This document shows, one piece after another, positions 11,090 to 22,140 of a DNA stretch of 64,000 nt (its first letter is position 1; each line of letters opens with the position of its first letter). The translations under genes and the position numbers were made by a program. Below the pieces are notes generated by a model. That model ran no database searches and had not been told where the DNA came from. It saw only the letters and a list, made by a program, of their open reading frames with translations. The stretch is from an uncultured Candidatus Rokubacteria bacterium (GTDB lineage Bacteria > Methylomirabilota > Methylomirabilia > Rokubacteriales > CSP1-6), in contig CAWBMV010000013.1 of NCBI GenBank assembly GCA_963789955.1, positions 44,339 through 108,338 on the forward strand, written 5' to 3'.

Positions 11090-11861
11090 ATGACACCTCC
11101 GCTCGCGTCGGGGCTCGAACGCTTCTCGCTCGCCGGGCGCGTCGCGCTGGTCACCGGCGCGACCCGCGGGCTCGGACTCGAGATCGCGCGCGGCCTGGCC
11201 GCGGCGGGCGCGATCGTCGGGATCAACGGCCGCGACCCGCGGCGGGCCGACGAGGTCGCCAAGACCATCCCCGACGCCTTCGCGGCGGCGTTCGACGTCA
11301 CCGATCTGCCGGCCGCGACGGACGCCATCGACAGTATCGTCGCGAGCCACGGCCGCCTCGATTGCCTCGTCAACAACGCGGCGGTGCGCGATCGGCGGCC
11401 GCTGCAGGAGATCACGCGCCGACGACTTCCGCCGTCTGATCGAGACCAACCTGGTCGCGCAGTACGAGCTGTCCCGCGTCGCCGCGCGACACATGACCGC
11501 GCGGGGTCAGGGACGGCTCGTGTTCATCAGCTCGATGGTCGGGCCGCAGTCGTTCCGGGGCGATCCGGCCTACGTCGCCTCGAAGGGCGGGCTCGAGGCG
11601 CTGATGCGCGCGCTCGCGGTCGAGCTCGGCGACAAGGGCATCGCCGCCAACGCGATCGCGCCCGGATTCTTCGCGACGGAGGGCAACGCGCCGTTCTTCG
11701 CCAAGCCGCACATCGCCGAGCTGGCGCGCCGCATCCCGCTGCGACGCTTCGGCCGGCCCGACGAGCTCGTCGGCGCCGCGATCTTTCTCGCGTCCGACGC
11801 CGCGTCGTACATCACCGGCCAGGTGCTGACGGTCGACGCGGGACTCTCGGTGGCACTCTAG
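11090..11861 (+). CDS. SDR-family oxidoreductase (frameshift near 11415)
   Basis: TGATRGLG, LVNNAA, YVASK, NAIAPG, SYITGQVLTVDAG. Confidence 0.9.
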
Positions 11862-11873
11862 AAAGGGACGAAC

Positions 11874-12755
11874 ATGAAGATCCGAATCGGCGTGGGAATC
11901 GGCGGTACCTCGGCATCGACCGGCGCGCTGACCGAGCTGGTCAGCGGCCTCGACGACATGGGGTTCGACTCGCTCTGGCTCTCGGAGGTGCTGACGGGCC
12001 AGGTCTTCGATCCGGTCGTCGGTCTCTCGTGGGCCGCGGCCAGCAACCCGCGGCTCAAGATCGGCACCACGATGCTCTTGCCCGGGCGCAATGTGCTGCG
12101 CCTCGCCAAGCAGCTCGCGAGCCTGGACGTGCTGTCCAACGGACGGCTGCTGGTGACCCTGGTGCCCGGGCTGACGTACGCGCCCGAGCGCGAGGCCATC
12201 GGCCTCGAGCCCAAGCGCCGCGGCGCGTTCATCGACGAGGCGCTGCCGCTCCTGCGGCGCCTCTGGGCCGGCGAGACGGTGAGCTACGAGGGTATCGCCG
12301 GCAATTTCCGTGACGTGAAGCTCTGGCCCCTCCCTGTCCAGCAGCCGCTGGAAATCTGGCTCGGCGGCACGGTCCCGGCGGCGCTCGAGCGCTGCGGACG
12401 GCTCTCGGACGGCTGGCTGCCGTCCCAGTGCACGCCCGAAGAAGCCGCGGAGGGACGCAAGGTGATCGAGGACGCCGCGGCGAGGGCGGGGCGCTCGATC
12501 AGCTCCGAGCACTTCGGCATGAGCCTCGGCTACGCGCGCGATCCGATCGACCCGCAGATGGCCCGGGTGATGACGGCGCGGCGGCCGCGGTCGGTCGAGC
12601 TCACGCCGGTCGGCTTCCCGGCCTTGCGCGCCGTGATCGAGCGATTCATCGCGGTCGGCTTCTCGAAGTTCGTCGTCCGCCCGGTGGTCGCGCCGAAATC
12701 GTGGCGGCCCGAGCTCGAGGCCCTCTCCGCGGCGGTGGGCGATCTGCAGACCTGA
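11874..12755 (+). CDS. LLM-class flavin-dependent oxidoreductase
   Basis: GFDSLWLSE, LAKQLASLDVLSNGRL, P.QQPLEIWLGG, DGWLP. Confidence 0.9.
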   Translation: MKIRIGVGIGGTSASTGALTELVSGLDDMGFDSLWLSEVLTGQVFDPVVGLSWAAASNPRLKIGTTMLLPGRNVLRLAKQLASLDVLSNGRLLVTLVPGLTYAPEREAIGLEPKRRGAFIDEALPLLRRLWAGETVSYEGIAGNFRDVKLWPLPVQQPLEIWLGGTVPAALERCGRLSDGWLPSQCTPEEAAEGRKVIEDAAARAGRSISSEHFGMSLGYARDPIDPQMARVMTARRPRSVELTPVGFPALRAVIERFIAVGFSKFVVRPVVAPKSWRPELEALSAAVGDLQT

Positions 12756-12899
12756 CGCGGTCTGGTTGTCGAGTTCTCCCGGCCTTTCGTCTGGATCGGC
12801 GTCCTGCTGTTCCTGATCTCGGATTCGCCGATCGCGGCCGGGCGCTTCAGGTTGACGGTACCGCTCATCGGCCTGCTGATCTGGCCGATCGGACGCGCG

Positions 12900-13788
12900 C
12901 TACGGGAGACACGCTCCGCGGCTAGCTTGACGGCGCGCTCGTGCAGCGTCGGCGCGCCGCATCGTCGCGCCCAGTCCGAGAACTCGGCGCGAGGCCCGTT
13001 CCAGCGGAGCGCGTCGACGTCGACGCCGAGCGGCGCGTCGAGGCGCAAGCGTCGCCAGCCGCCGGAACAGCAGCGCGCGCTCCCACTGCTCGACGAGCGT
13101 CGCGGCCAGCCGCTCGGTTCCGCGCATCGAGACGATCCCACCGCGCGGCCTGCTTGGGGATGTCCTCGAGGTGCCGGTACCGGGCCAGCACCGTCGCGGC
13201 CGAGCGGGCGCCCCAGCCGGGCAGGCCGGGGAAGCCGTCGGCCTTGTCGCCGACGAGCGCGAGCCAGTCGGGGATCGATCCGGGCGCGACGCCGAACTTC
13301 TGCTGGACGCCCGACTCGTTGCGCATCTCGCGCGAGCGGCGGTCGAGCTGAACGACCCGGTCGCCGCGCACGCACTGAGCCAGATCCTTGTCCGGGGTGC
13401 ACACGATCACCTGCTCGACGCGCGGATCGGCGGCGGCCATCGACGCCGCGGCGGCGAGGGCATCGTCGGCCTCGAACTCGACCATGGCCCAGACCACGAC
13501 GCCGAGCGCGCGCAACGCCTCCTCCAGCGGCTCGAACTGACCGTAGAGCACGGGATCGATCCCCTCGCCGGTCTTGTAGCCCGGCCAGAGCCCGTTGCGA
13601 AACGACTCGATGACGTGATCGGTGGCGACGCCGAGGTGCGTCGCGCCGCCCTCGAGCATCCCCAGCATCGAGGTGACGACGCCGCGTACCGCCCGCAGCT
13701 CTTCCGGCACGGTTCGCTCGAATGCGGCCGCCGGTGACATGAAGTAGCGGAAGAGCTCGTACGTGCCGTCGACCAGGTGGACGATCAC
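12900..13788 (-). CDS. Stand-alone 5'-3' exonuclease/flap endonuclease (PolA N-terminal/Xni-like; frameshifted at the 3' end, end approximate)
   Basis: HLVDGTYELFR, SFRN....YK, FEADDALA, TPDKDLAQ, ALVGDKADGFPGLPGWG (H3TH). Confidence 0.9.
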
Positions 13789-14269
13789 GCCTGAACGAGC
13801 CCCGCCAGCACGCGCAGCCGCTCGCCCGCGACGCCCATGATGTTCGCCTCGCCGCCGATGGCGCCGAGGCGTTTGTAGAACTCGAGCGCGCCCGCGTTGG
13901 CGGTGTGCACGCTCCAGTCGAGCGATCGCGCCGCCCAGCCGCACCGTCTCGGCCGCGACGGCCGCCATCAAGGCGTGACCGACGCCCTGGCCGCGGGCGG
14001 CGGGCGTCACGAAGATGTCGTGGAGCCACATCGATCGCGCCGCGAGATCGGTGTTGTAGCCGAGCGTGAAGAAGACGTACCCCACCACGGCGCCGTCGAG
14101 CTCGGCCACCAGTGGCGTGAATGCCGCCTGGGCGCCGAAGCCGTCGGCTCGGACGCGCTCGGCGGTGAACGGCCGACCGTAGATGCCGACGTGCGTCGTT
14201 CAGGTCGTTGGCCATGTCGCCAGGATCGCCGACTCGTCCGGGCGTCCCGGACGCACCCGAACCGCTCAC
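13785..14269 (-). CDS. GNAT-family N-acetyltransferase (frameshifted)
   Basis: AELDGAVVGY, LHDIFVTPAARGQGVG, N..A..FYKRLG; GTGA overlaps with both neighbours. Confidence 0.8.
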
Positions 14270-14700
14270 GAGCGCGCGGCGTCGCTCGACAGATGCCCGT
14301 GAGCCGTCTCGGACTGGGTCGGCAGGAGCGAGAAGTGGCTGTGAACGGCGAGCCATTTGCCGCCGCGGCGCTCAAGCACGAAGGTGCCGCGCCCCGGACG
14401 CGTGACCGGACGGCCGTCGGGCCCGGTGACTTCGGTCAGCCAGCCGCCGGCGATCCAGGCGCTGTCGTCCGAGGCTTGGACCTGAGCATCCGGCTCGAAG
14501 TGGAAATCGCGGATGCGCGGCCACACGTTCTGCCACTGCTCGCGCACGATGTTGTCGAGGCCGGCCACGGCGCGCGCCCAGGTACCGAAGGCCATCGCGT
14601 CGGGGGCGAACAGCTCTCGGCCGCCGGTGAAGTCGCGGGCGCGGACGGCAGCCTCGAAGGTACGCAGCCACTCCTGGGGTGTCGCGGCTGAAGGAGCCAT
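14266..14700 (-). CDS. NTF2/SnoaL-like (YybH-type) protein
   Basis: LFAPDA, RGTFVLERRGGKWLAVHSHFS. Confidence 0.8.
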   Translation of the reverse strand: MAPSAATPQEWLRTFEAAVRARDFTGGRELFAPDAMAFGTWARAVAGLDNIVREQWQNVWPRIRDFHFEPDAQVQASDDSAWIAGGWLTEVTGPDGRPVTRPGRGTFVLERRGGKWLAVHSHFSLLPTQSETAHGHLSSDAARS

Positions 14701-14706
14701 GGCGGC

Positions 14707-14732
14707 ATTATGCACCGAGATTGTGGCATGCT
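14707..14732. promoter_or_regulatory. Back-to-back -10 boxes of divergent, probably leaderless, promoters
   Basis: Minus CATAAT 6 nt before ATG 14700; plus TGG-CATGCT 7 nt before ATG 14740; no SD in either spacer. Confidence 0.5.
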
Positions 14733-14739
14733 GCTGGGC

Positions 14740-15465
14740 ATGCCCCCGTCAAGACGGCCCCTTCGAGTGCTGCACACCGCCGACGTCCATCTCGAGAGCG
14801 ACGGCTATGGTGACGCTCGCCAGCAGGCGGCGCACCGCGAGCGCGAACGGCGCATGTTCCGGAGCATCATCGATCGCGCGATGAGCGATCAGGTCGATCT
14901 CGTGCTGATCGCCGGTGATCTGTTCGATCACAACCGCGTGACCGACGAGGCCGTCGAGTTCGTGCGCGGCGAGCTCGCGCGGCTGCGCCGGCCCGTCGTC
15001 ATCATGCCCGGCAACCACGACGTGCTCCAGTCGAACGCGATCTACGATCGGCACGACTTCACCGCCGGCGCGAGCCACGTTCATCTGATCCGCCGGCTCG
15101 ACGGCGAGACCGTCGATTTGCCCGAGCTGGACGCGATCGTCTGGGGTCGCGCGATGGAGGAACACGAGCCCGGCTTCCAGCCGCTCGCCAACATTCCCGG
15201 TCGCGACACGCGGCGCTGGTGCCTGGGCATGGGCCACGGCTTCTTCTATCCGGATCGCCAGCGACCGGATCGGTCCTCGCCGATATTCGCCGACGAGATT
15301 CGGGACACGGGCTGGGACTACCTCGCGCTCGGCCACCAGCACGTCCAGACCAACGTCAGCCAGGGCGACGTGACCGCCTACTACGCGGGAGCGCCGGGCA
15401 CGGTCCTGCGCATCGACTTCTCGATCGAGGACGGGATTCGCGTGGAGCCTCGACCGCTCGAGTAA
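14740..15465 (+). CDS. Metallophosphoesterase, SbcD/Mre11-like nuclease domain only
   Basis: LHTADVHL, LIAGDLFD, PGNHD, GHG, DYLALGHQH, YAGAP; ~241 aa; no SbcC partner in the window. Confidence 0.85.
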   Translation: MPPSRRPLRVLHTADVHLESDGYGDARQQAAHRERERRMFRSIIDRAMSDQVDLVLIAGDLFDHNRVTDEAVEFVRGELARLRRPVVIMPGNHDVLQSNAIYDRHDFTAGASHVHLIRRLDGETVDLPELDAIVWGRAMEEHEPGFQPLANIPGRDTRRWCLGMGHGFFYPDRQRPDRSSPIFADEIRDTGWDYLALGHQHVQTNVSQGDVTAYYAGAPGTVLRIDFSIEDGIRVEPRPLE

Positions 15466-15480
15466 AGAAAGGACACCTCG

Positions 15481-16576
15481 ATGGCCGTCGAAGTCGCGAA
15501 GGTCGAGCTCAAGAGCGTGCAGGACGCGTCAGGTCTCGAGGAGCGCATCCTCGCCGGCCAGTTCACCGCCGACCAGGTCGTCGCGGTCGTGGGCAAGACC
15601 GAGGGCAACGGCGGGGTCAACGACTTCACCCGTCTCCTCGCCGACCTCGCGTTCCGGCGCGTGCTGATGAAGCACGGCAAGCGCAGCGAGGCCGACGTCG
15701 CGACGATCCCGATGGTGTGGTCCGGCGGGTGCGACGGCGTCATCACGCCGCACGCCACCGTGTTCGCGCGGAACGACCGGAAGGGCACGCCGGACAAGGC
15801 GCGCCTCGTGATCGGCGCCGCCATGAGCGCCGAGCTCCAGCCCGAGGACATCGGCCGGCCGCGCATGGTCGAGATCGTCGCCGAGGGCGTGAAGATCGGC
15901 AATGAAGAATGCCGGAATCGACGATCCGAAGGACGTGCACTACGTCCAGACCAAGACGCCCCTGCTGACGATCGACTGGGTGGAGAACGCGAAGCGGCGG
16001 GGCAAGACCGTGGCCTGCGAGGTGCACGACTCGATGGGCGTGTCGAACGGCACGACGGGCCTCGGCATCGCGGTGGCGCTCGGCGAGCTCGCCATGCCGC
16101 GCGCGGAGCAGATCTGCAAGGATCTCGACCTCTACTCGTCGGTCGCGTCCTGCTCCTCCGGCGTCGAGCTGACGCGCGCGCAGATCATCCTGATGGGCAA
16201 CAAGGCGGCGGCCGGCGGCCGCTACCGCATCGGCCACAGCGTGATGAAGGACGCGCTCGACATCGACGGCATCTACGCCGCGATCCGCAACGCCGGGCTC
16301 GACCTGCCGGAACGGCCGCGCGCGGAGGACCTCAAGGGACGCCTCGTGAACTGCTTCATCAAGTCGGAAGCCGACCACCGCGCCAAGCTCCGCGGCCGGC
16401 GCCAGATCATGCTCGACGACTCCGACGTCCATCATCACCGCCACTCGAAGGCCGCCGTCGGCGGCGTGGCGGCGGCCGCGATCGGCGATCCCGCGGTGTT
16501 CGTCTCGGTCGACGCGATGCACCAGGGACCGCACGGCGGCGGCCCGGTCATCGCGATCGTCGACGTCGGCGACTGA
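15481..16576 (+). CDS. Ring-opening amidohydrolase of the AtzD/barbiturase family, barbiturase-like (frameshift near 15900)
   Basis: [63 protein letters not shown]. Confidence 0.9.
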
Positions 16577-16640
16577 ACGGGATGAGGTGGCAGTTCGCGC
16601 TGCAGTCCGTCGCGGGGCTGGGGCCGCCGGCGAGGCGCGA

Positions 16641-17614
16641 CTATTGATAGAGGTGACAGGCCACTTCGCCGCCGCCGTCACGAGGCCGCAAGGTCGGCTC
16701 GATCTGCGAGCAGATCGGCATCACGGACGGACAGCGCGGATGGAAGCGGCAGCCCGACGGCAGGCTGAGCGCGCTCGGCACCTCGCCCGGTGACGGTTTT
16801 CTCCTGCGTCCGCTCGTCGGGATGCGACGGCAGCGCGGCGGCGAACAGCGCTTTCGTGTAGGGATGCATCGGGCGCGCGCACAGCGCGTCGGCTGTCCGC
16901 CGTCTCGACGATCTTGCCCAGGTACATCACCGCGATCCGGTGGCTGATGTGCGCGACCGTGGCGAGGTCGTGGCCGATGAAGAGATAGCTGACGCCGAGC
17001 GACCGCTGCAGCTCCTCGAGCTGGTTGATGATCTGAGCCCGCACCGACACGTCGAGCGCCGAGACCGGCTCGTCCAGCACGATCAGGCGCGTGTCGGTCG
17101 CGAGCGCCCGCGCGATCGCGATGCGCTGCCGCTGCCCGCCGCTGAACTCGTGCGGGAACAGCGGCGCCACGTCCGGCGCGCAGCCCGACCAGCTCCAGCA
17201 CCTTGCCGACCCGCTCGTCGATGGCGCCGCGCGGCAGGTCGGTGTGGATCTCCAGCGGCTCGGCGATGATGTCCCGGACCCGCATGCGGGGGCTGAGCGA
17301 GCTGAACGGGTCCTGGAAGACGACCTGGACGGCCGCGCCGGTACGCCATCAGGTCCGCGCCGCGGAGGCTCGCGATGTCGCGGCCCTCGAAGCGGATCGT
17401 CCCGGCCGTCGGCGTCTCCTGCTTGAGGATCAGCTTGGAGGTCGTCGTCTTGCCGCATCCGGATTCGCCGATGAGCCCGAGCGTCTCGCCGGCCTGAATC
17501 GCGAGATCGACGCCGTCGACGGCCTTCACCCACGTCGCCGGTGCCGCCGAGCAGCCGCCGCCGGACCGGGAAATGCTTCTTCAGATCCCGGACTTCAAGA
17601 ACGGGAGAGGACAT
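16641..17614 (-). CDS. Peptide/nickel ABC transporter ATPase (OppF/DppF-like; frameshifted)
   Basis: [46 protein letters not shown]. Confidence 0.92.
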
Positions 17615-18589
17615 TCGTCCAGGAGCCAGCACCGCGCGACGCTCCCGTCGCCCGGGCGGAAGTCCGGCGGCTCCTCGGTCATGCAGCGCGACATGACGTC
17701 GGGGCAGCGCGGATGGAATGCGCAACCGTCGGGGAGATTGGCCGGGTTCGGCGGCTGGCCGCGAATCGAGTAGAGCGGCTCCTTGTTGCCGAGCTTCGGC
17801 ATCGAGCCGAGGAGCGCGCGCGTGTAGGGATGCTTCGGATCGTCGAAGAGCTCGCGCACCGGCGCCTGCTCGACGATCTTGCCCGCGTACATGACGGCGA
17901 CCCGGTCGCACATCTTCGCGACGATGCCGAGGTTGTGCGTCACGAAGATCAGCGCCACGCCGGTCTCCCGCTGGATGTCCTTCAGCAGATCGAGGTACTG
18001 CGCCTGGATCGTCACGTCGAGGTTCGTCGTGGGCTCGTCGGCGATGACCAGCTTCGGCCCGCCGGCCAGCGCGATGGCGCCGACGATACGCTGGCGCATG
18101 CCGCCGCTCATCTGGTGCGGGTAGTCGCGCATGCGCCACTCGGGCGACGGGATCCGGACCGCGCGCAGGAGCCCCTGCACGCGCTCGCGCAGGGTGCGGC
18201 CGCGGAGGTGCTGGTGGAAGAACGCGGGCTCGGCCACCTGGCGGATAGATCGTGAAGAGCGGGTTCAGCGACGCCATCGGATCCTGCAGGATCACGGCGA
18301 TCTGGCGGCCGCGGATCCGGCGCAGCTCGCGCTGGCTCTTGCGCGTCAGATCCTCGCCCTCGAAGACGACGCGGCCGCCGACGATGCGGCCCGCGCGCGG
18401 CAAGAGCCCGACGATCGACAGACACGTGGTCGTCTTGCCGCTGCCGGATTCGCCGACGAGCCCGAGCGTCTCGCCCTCGCGCAGCGTGAAGCTGACCCCG
18501 TCCACCGCCTTGACGACGCGCGCTCCGCCGAAGGTGAAGAAGTGCGTCTGGAGACCGGCGACCTGCAGGACCGCTTCGCGATTGGCCAC
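17611..18589 (-). CDS. Peptide/nickel ABC transporter ATPase (OppD/DppD-like; frameshifted)
   Basis: [44 protein letters not shown]. Confidence 0.92.
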
Positions 18590-18604
18590 GTGGTCGGTCG
18601 AGAC

Positions 18605-19519
18605 CTACAGATTCCTCAGCTGAGGATCGAGACGAACGCGCAGCCAGTCGCCGAGGAGCTGGGTCGCGAGGACGATCAGCAGAATGCACGCGCCCGGGAA
18701 GACCGTGAGCCACCACTGGCCCGCCATCAGCGTGGGGCGCGCCTCCGAGAGCATGAGCCCCCAGGCCGGCTGCGGCGGCGGCACGCCGACGCCGAGGAAG
18801 CTGAGCGATGCCTCCGCGATGATGACGACACCGACCGTGAGACTGGCGAGCACCATCGCCGTGTTCATGACGTTCGGCAGGATGTGCTTCTTGATCACGC
18901 GAAGCTTGCTGGCGCCGGCGATCTCGGCCAGCTTCACGAAGTCGCGCTCGCGAAGGGTCAGCACCTCGCCGCGGATGACCCGCGCGTAACGGGTCCAGTA
19001 GACCAGGCCCAGGATGAAGATGATGTTCCACATGCTGGGCCCGAGCATCGCGGCCAGGAAGATCGCGAAGACGATCGCCGGCAGCGCGAGCCAGGCGTCG
19101 GTCACGCGCATGATGATCTGATCGACCCAGCCGCCCACGTACCCCGAGAGGATCCCCAGCGCCGTGCCGATGCTGCCCGCCACCAGGGTTCCCATCAGCC
19201 CCACGAGCAGCGACACGCGCGCGCCGTAGATCAGCCGGCTCAGGATGTCCCGGCCCTGGAAATCGGTGCCGAGCGGTATCGCCACGCTGCCGCCTTCCAT
19301 CCAGAAGGGCGGCGCGAATATCTCCGCGCCCTTCACCGGCAGTGTCGGCTCGTACGGCGCGATGAGATCGGCGAGCGCGGCCACGAGAATCAGGCCGCCG
19401 AGGATGACGACCGCGGCCAGCGGCGCTTGGCGCGCCGCCTTGACGACCGCGCGGAGCCGGCCCGTTTCCGTTCGTCGTGACGCGAGCCGCGTGTCGGCCG
19501 GGATGGTCGCCATCGTCAT
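18605..19519 (-). CDS. Peptide ABC transporter permease (OppC/DppC-like)
   Basis: PLGTDFQGRDILSRLIYGARVSL, EASLSFLG, PAWG.ML. Confidence 0.93.
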   Translation of the reverse strand: MTMATIPADTRLASRRTETGRLRAVVKAARQAPLAAVVILGGLILVAALADLIAPYEPTLPVKGAEIFAPPFWMEGGSVAIPLGTDFQGRDILSRLIYGARVSLLVGLMGTLVAGSIGTALGILSGYVGGWVDQIIMRVTDAWLALPAIVFAIFLAAMLGPSMWNIIFILGLVYWTRYARVIRGEVLTLRERDFVKLAEIAGASKLRVIKKHILPNVMNTAMVLASLTVGVVIIAEASLSFLGVGVPPPQPAWGLMLSEARPTLMAGQWWLTVFPGACILLIVLATQLLGDWLRVRLDPQLRNL

Positions 19520-19544
19520 CTACCTCGTGAGCCCGATGTTGGGC

Positions 19545-20466
19545 TCATCTCGAGAGCCTGATTCTCGGGTCGATGAAGGCATAGAGAATGTCCACGGCCA
19601 GGTTGATGCCGACGATCATGAAGCCGGCCATGATCACGACGCCCTGCACCAGCGGGAAGTCGCGCTGGAAGATGCCCTCGTAGAGCAGCCGGCCGATGCC
19701 CGGCCACGCGAAGACCACCTCGATGATGACGGCGGCGTTGACCATCACCACCATGTTGACGCCGGCCAGCGTGAAGACCGGAATGAGCGCGTTCTTGAAC
19801 GCGTGCATGGCGATGACCACGAAGTCCGGAAGCCCCTTGAGTCGGGCGAGCTTGATGTACTCGCTGCCGAGCACCTCGAGCATGCTCGAGCGGGTCAGCC
19901 GCAGCATCGACGCGGCGAAGTACCAGCCGAGTGCCAGCGCCGGCATGACCACATGCCTCCAGTCGCCGGCCCCGGAGGTCGGCAGCCAGCGGAGCCAGAC
20001 GGAGAAGACGAGGATCAGCACGAGGCCGAGCCAGAAGCCGGGAATCGCGAGGCCGAGCAGCGCGACGCCCTTCGCGACGTTGTCCCACGCGCTGTTCACC
20101 TTCACCGCCGAGATGATGCCGGCGGGAATGCCGATCAGGAGCGAGATGAGCGTCGCGGCCAGCCCGAGGGTCAGCGAGTTGGGCAGCCGCTGGAAGTAGA
20201 GCTCGCTGACCGGAAGCCGGTAGTTGAAGGACTTGCCGAGCTCGCCCTGGAGGGCGTTCTGCATGAAGGTCACGTACTGCACGGGCCACGAGCGGTCGAG
20301 CCCCCACAGGTGGCGGACCCGCTCGAGATCCTCGGGGCGGGCGGTGGCCTCCGCCATGAGCGCCACCGGGTCGCCGGTGAGCCGGACGATGAGGAAGATC
20401 GTCCCGCTCAAGATGAAGAGCGTGACGATGCTGTACAGCAACGCGCCGGATGATGAACTGCGACAT
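19545..20466 (-). CDS. Peptide ABC transporter permease (OppB/DppB-like; frameshift near the start)
   Basis: GELGKSF, YIKLARLKGL, HAFKNALIP, EVVFAWPGIG, RDFPLVQG, DPRIR. Confidence 0.93.
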
Positions 20467-20475
20467 GGCGGCCGG

Positions 20476-22074
20476 CTACTGATCCTTCACCTTGATGTCC
20501 TCCCACGGATAGGCGTAGCCGGTGGTGATCGTCGGGAAGACGTCTTGCCACTTCTGCAGCACGACGCGGGGTCCGATCGCGTTGACGAACGCGTGGCGGA
20601 ACACGGGTACGAGATAGTAGTTCTCCAGGATGCCGCGCTGGATCTCCTCGGCGAGCTTCTTGCGCTCCGCCAGGTTGATCGACCGCTCGTACTGGTCGAA
20701 CTTGCCGTCGAGATCCTTCACGCAGATGCGGTCGCGCGAGTTGAAGCCGCCGCACTTGAAGTGGCCCTCGTACCAGAAGGACCAGCTGCCCCCGATCCGC
20801 GCGCCGTGCAGGATGATCTGGGTTCCCGGAAACTCCTTGAGGCCGCCCTGGAGCCGCTGCAGGAAGATCCCGCGCTCCATGGTCTGCAGGCGGGCGCGGA
20901 TGCCGACCTCGCGAAGGTGCGCGACGAGGCGCTCGCCCCGCGAGTAGAACGCGGGCAGCGGCGTGACCCAGTCCACGTCGAACCCGTTCGGATAGCCCGC
21001 CTCGCGCAGGAGCTGCTTGGCCTTCTCCACGTTCCGCGGGAACTCGGGCCACTCGATCGCGTACAGGACATCGTCGTTGATCCAGTTGCCGCTCGCCTTG
21101 CCCATGCCCGCGGACTCGGCCTGGTTCATCGCCCGCCGGTCGACGGCCAGGCTGACCGCCTCGCGCACGCGCTTGTCATGGAACGGGTTCTTCGGGTCCT
21201 GAAATCCGGGGAACTCGATGAAGAAGGAGCCGGACAGCACCGGCGCCAGGGTCACGCCAGGGAGCTTGCTGACCTTGTTGATCAGCTCGCCGGGTACGTT
21301 GTAGATGATGTCCGCCTCGCCGCGCTCCAGCATGGCCACCCGCGTGGCCGCCTCCGGCACCGAGATCATCACCAGCTGCTTGGCGTTGACCGGGCGGTAG
21401 TAGCCGTCGAACGCCTCCATCTCGATCCGCACGCCCGGCTCCTGGCGCACGAGCTTGTAGGGTCCGGCGCCGATGGGCTTCTGCTTGAAGGCGTCGGCGC
21501 CGACCTGCTTGTAGTACTTCTCGGGCACCACCCAGTCGGCGCCCGCGACGTTGGCGGTTCCGAACAGGATGGCGAAGTCGAGGAAGGGCTCCTTGAAGAC
21601 GAAGCGGATCGTGCGGTCGTCCACGATGTCGATGCGCTCGGTCCGCTTCTTGAAGACGTCGGCCTTGGCACCGCGGTAGTTCTCGTAGGTGAACTTGACG
21701 TCCTGCGGGGTGACCGGGTCGCCGTTGTGGAACTTGATCCCCTTGCGCAGGGTGAACGTGGCGCTCTTGGCGTCGGGGGCGACCGTGAAATGCTCGGCCA
21801 GGGCCAGATGGTCGTAGAGCTCGGTGCCCTGGTTCTTGATCAGCGCGTCGTGGATGGCCGTGAAGAAGTTGTCGGGCGTGGCGGTGCCGTCGTGCTCCTG
21901 GGGATCCAGCCAGCGCGACGCGAAGCCCGCGTGCCACGCGAGGACCAGCTTGCCCTTGGCCGCCGCGCCCGCCGGGGACGAGAACGGGATGATCGTCGAT
22001 GCGGCGGTGATCAGGATCAGCGCGACGGCCAGCCAGGGGAACAGGTTATGCGCCTCGAATCGGGGACATTTCAT
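20476..22074 (-). CDS. ABC transporter substrate-binding protein, family 5
   Basis: Signal peptide; FTLRKGIKFHNGDPVTPQDVKFT; PIGAGPYK; DKRVREAVSLAVDR. Confidence 0.93.
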   Translation of the reverse strand: MKCPRFEAHNLFPWLAVALILITAASTIIPFSSPAGAAAKGKLVLAWHAGFASRWLDPQEHDGTATPDNFFTAIHDALIKNQGTELYDHLALAEHFTVAPDAKSATFTLRKGIKFHNGDPVTPQDVKFTYENYRGAKADVFKKRTERIDIVDDRTIRFVFKEPFLDFAILFGTANVAGADWVVPEKYYKQVGADAFKQKPIGAGPYKLVRQEPGVRIEMEAFDGYYRPVNAKQLVMISVPEAATRVAMLERGEADIIYNVPGELINKVSKLPGVTLAPVLSGSFFIEFPGFQDPKNPFHDKRVREAVSLAVDRRAMNQAESAGMGKASGNWINDDVLYAIEWPEFPRNVEKAKQLLREAGYPNGFDVDWVTPLPAFYSRGERLVAHLREVGIRARLQTMERGIFLQRLQGGLKEFPGTQIILHGARIGGSWSFWYEGHFKCGGFNSRDRICVKDLDGKFDQYERSINLAERKKLAEEIQRGILENYYLVPVFRHAFVNAIGPRVVLQKWQDVFPTITTGYAYPWEDIKVKDQ

Positions 22075-22140
22075 TCAGAGCCTCCGCTCCGGGGGTTCGT
22101 AGTCGGTGCGACGAGTGCTGTAGACTAGCCCGCGACCCAC

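Noticed and set aside
19528..19547. Hairpin TGAGCCC-6-GGGCTCA (and GCCCGG-6-CCGGGC near 60170) as terminators or REP elements
   Set aside because: Short stems with no U-tract and no second copy seen; expected by chance at this GC content.
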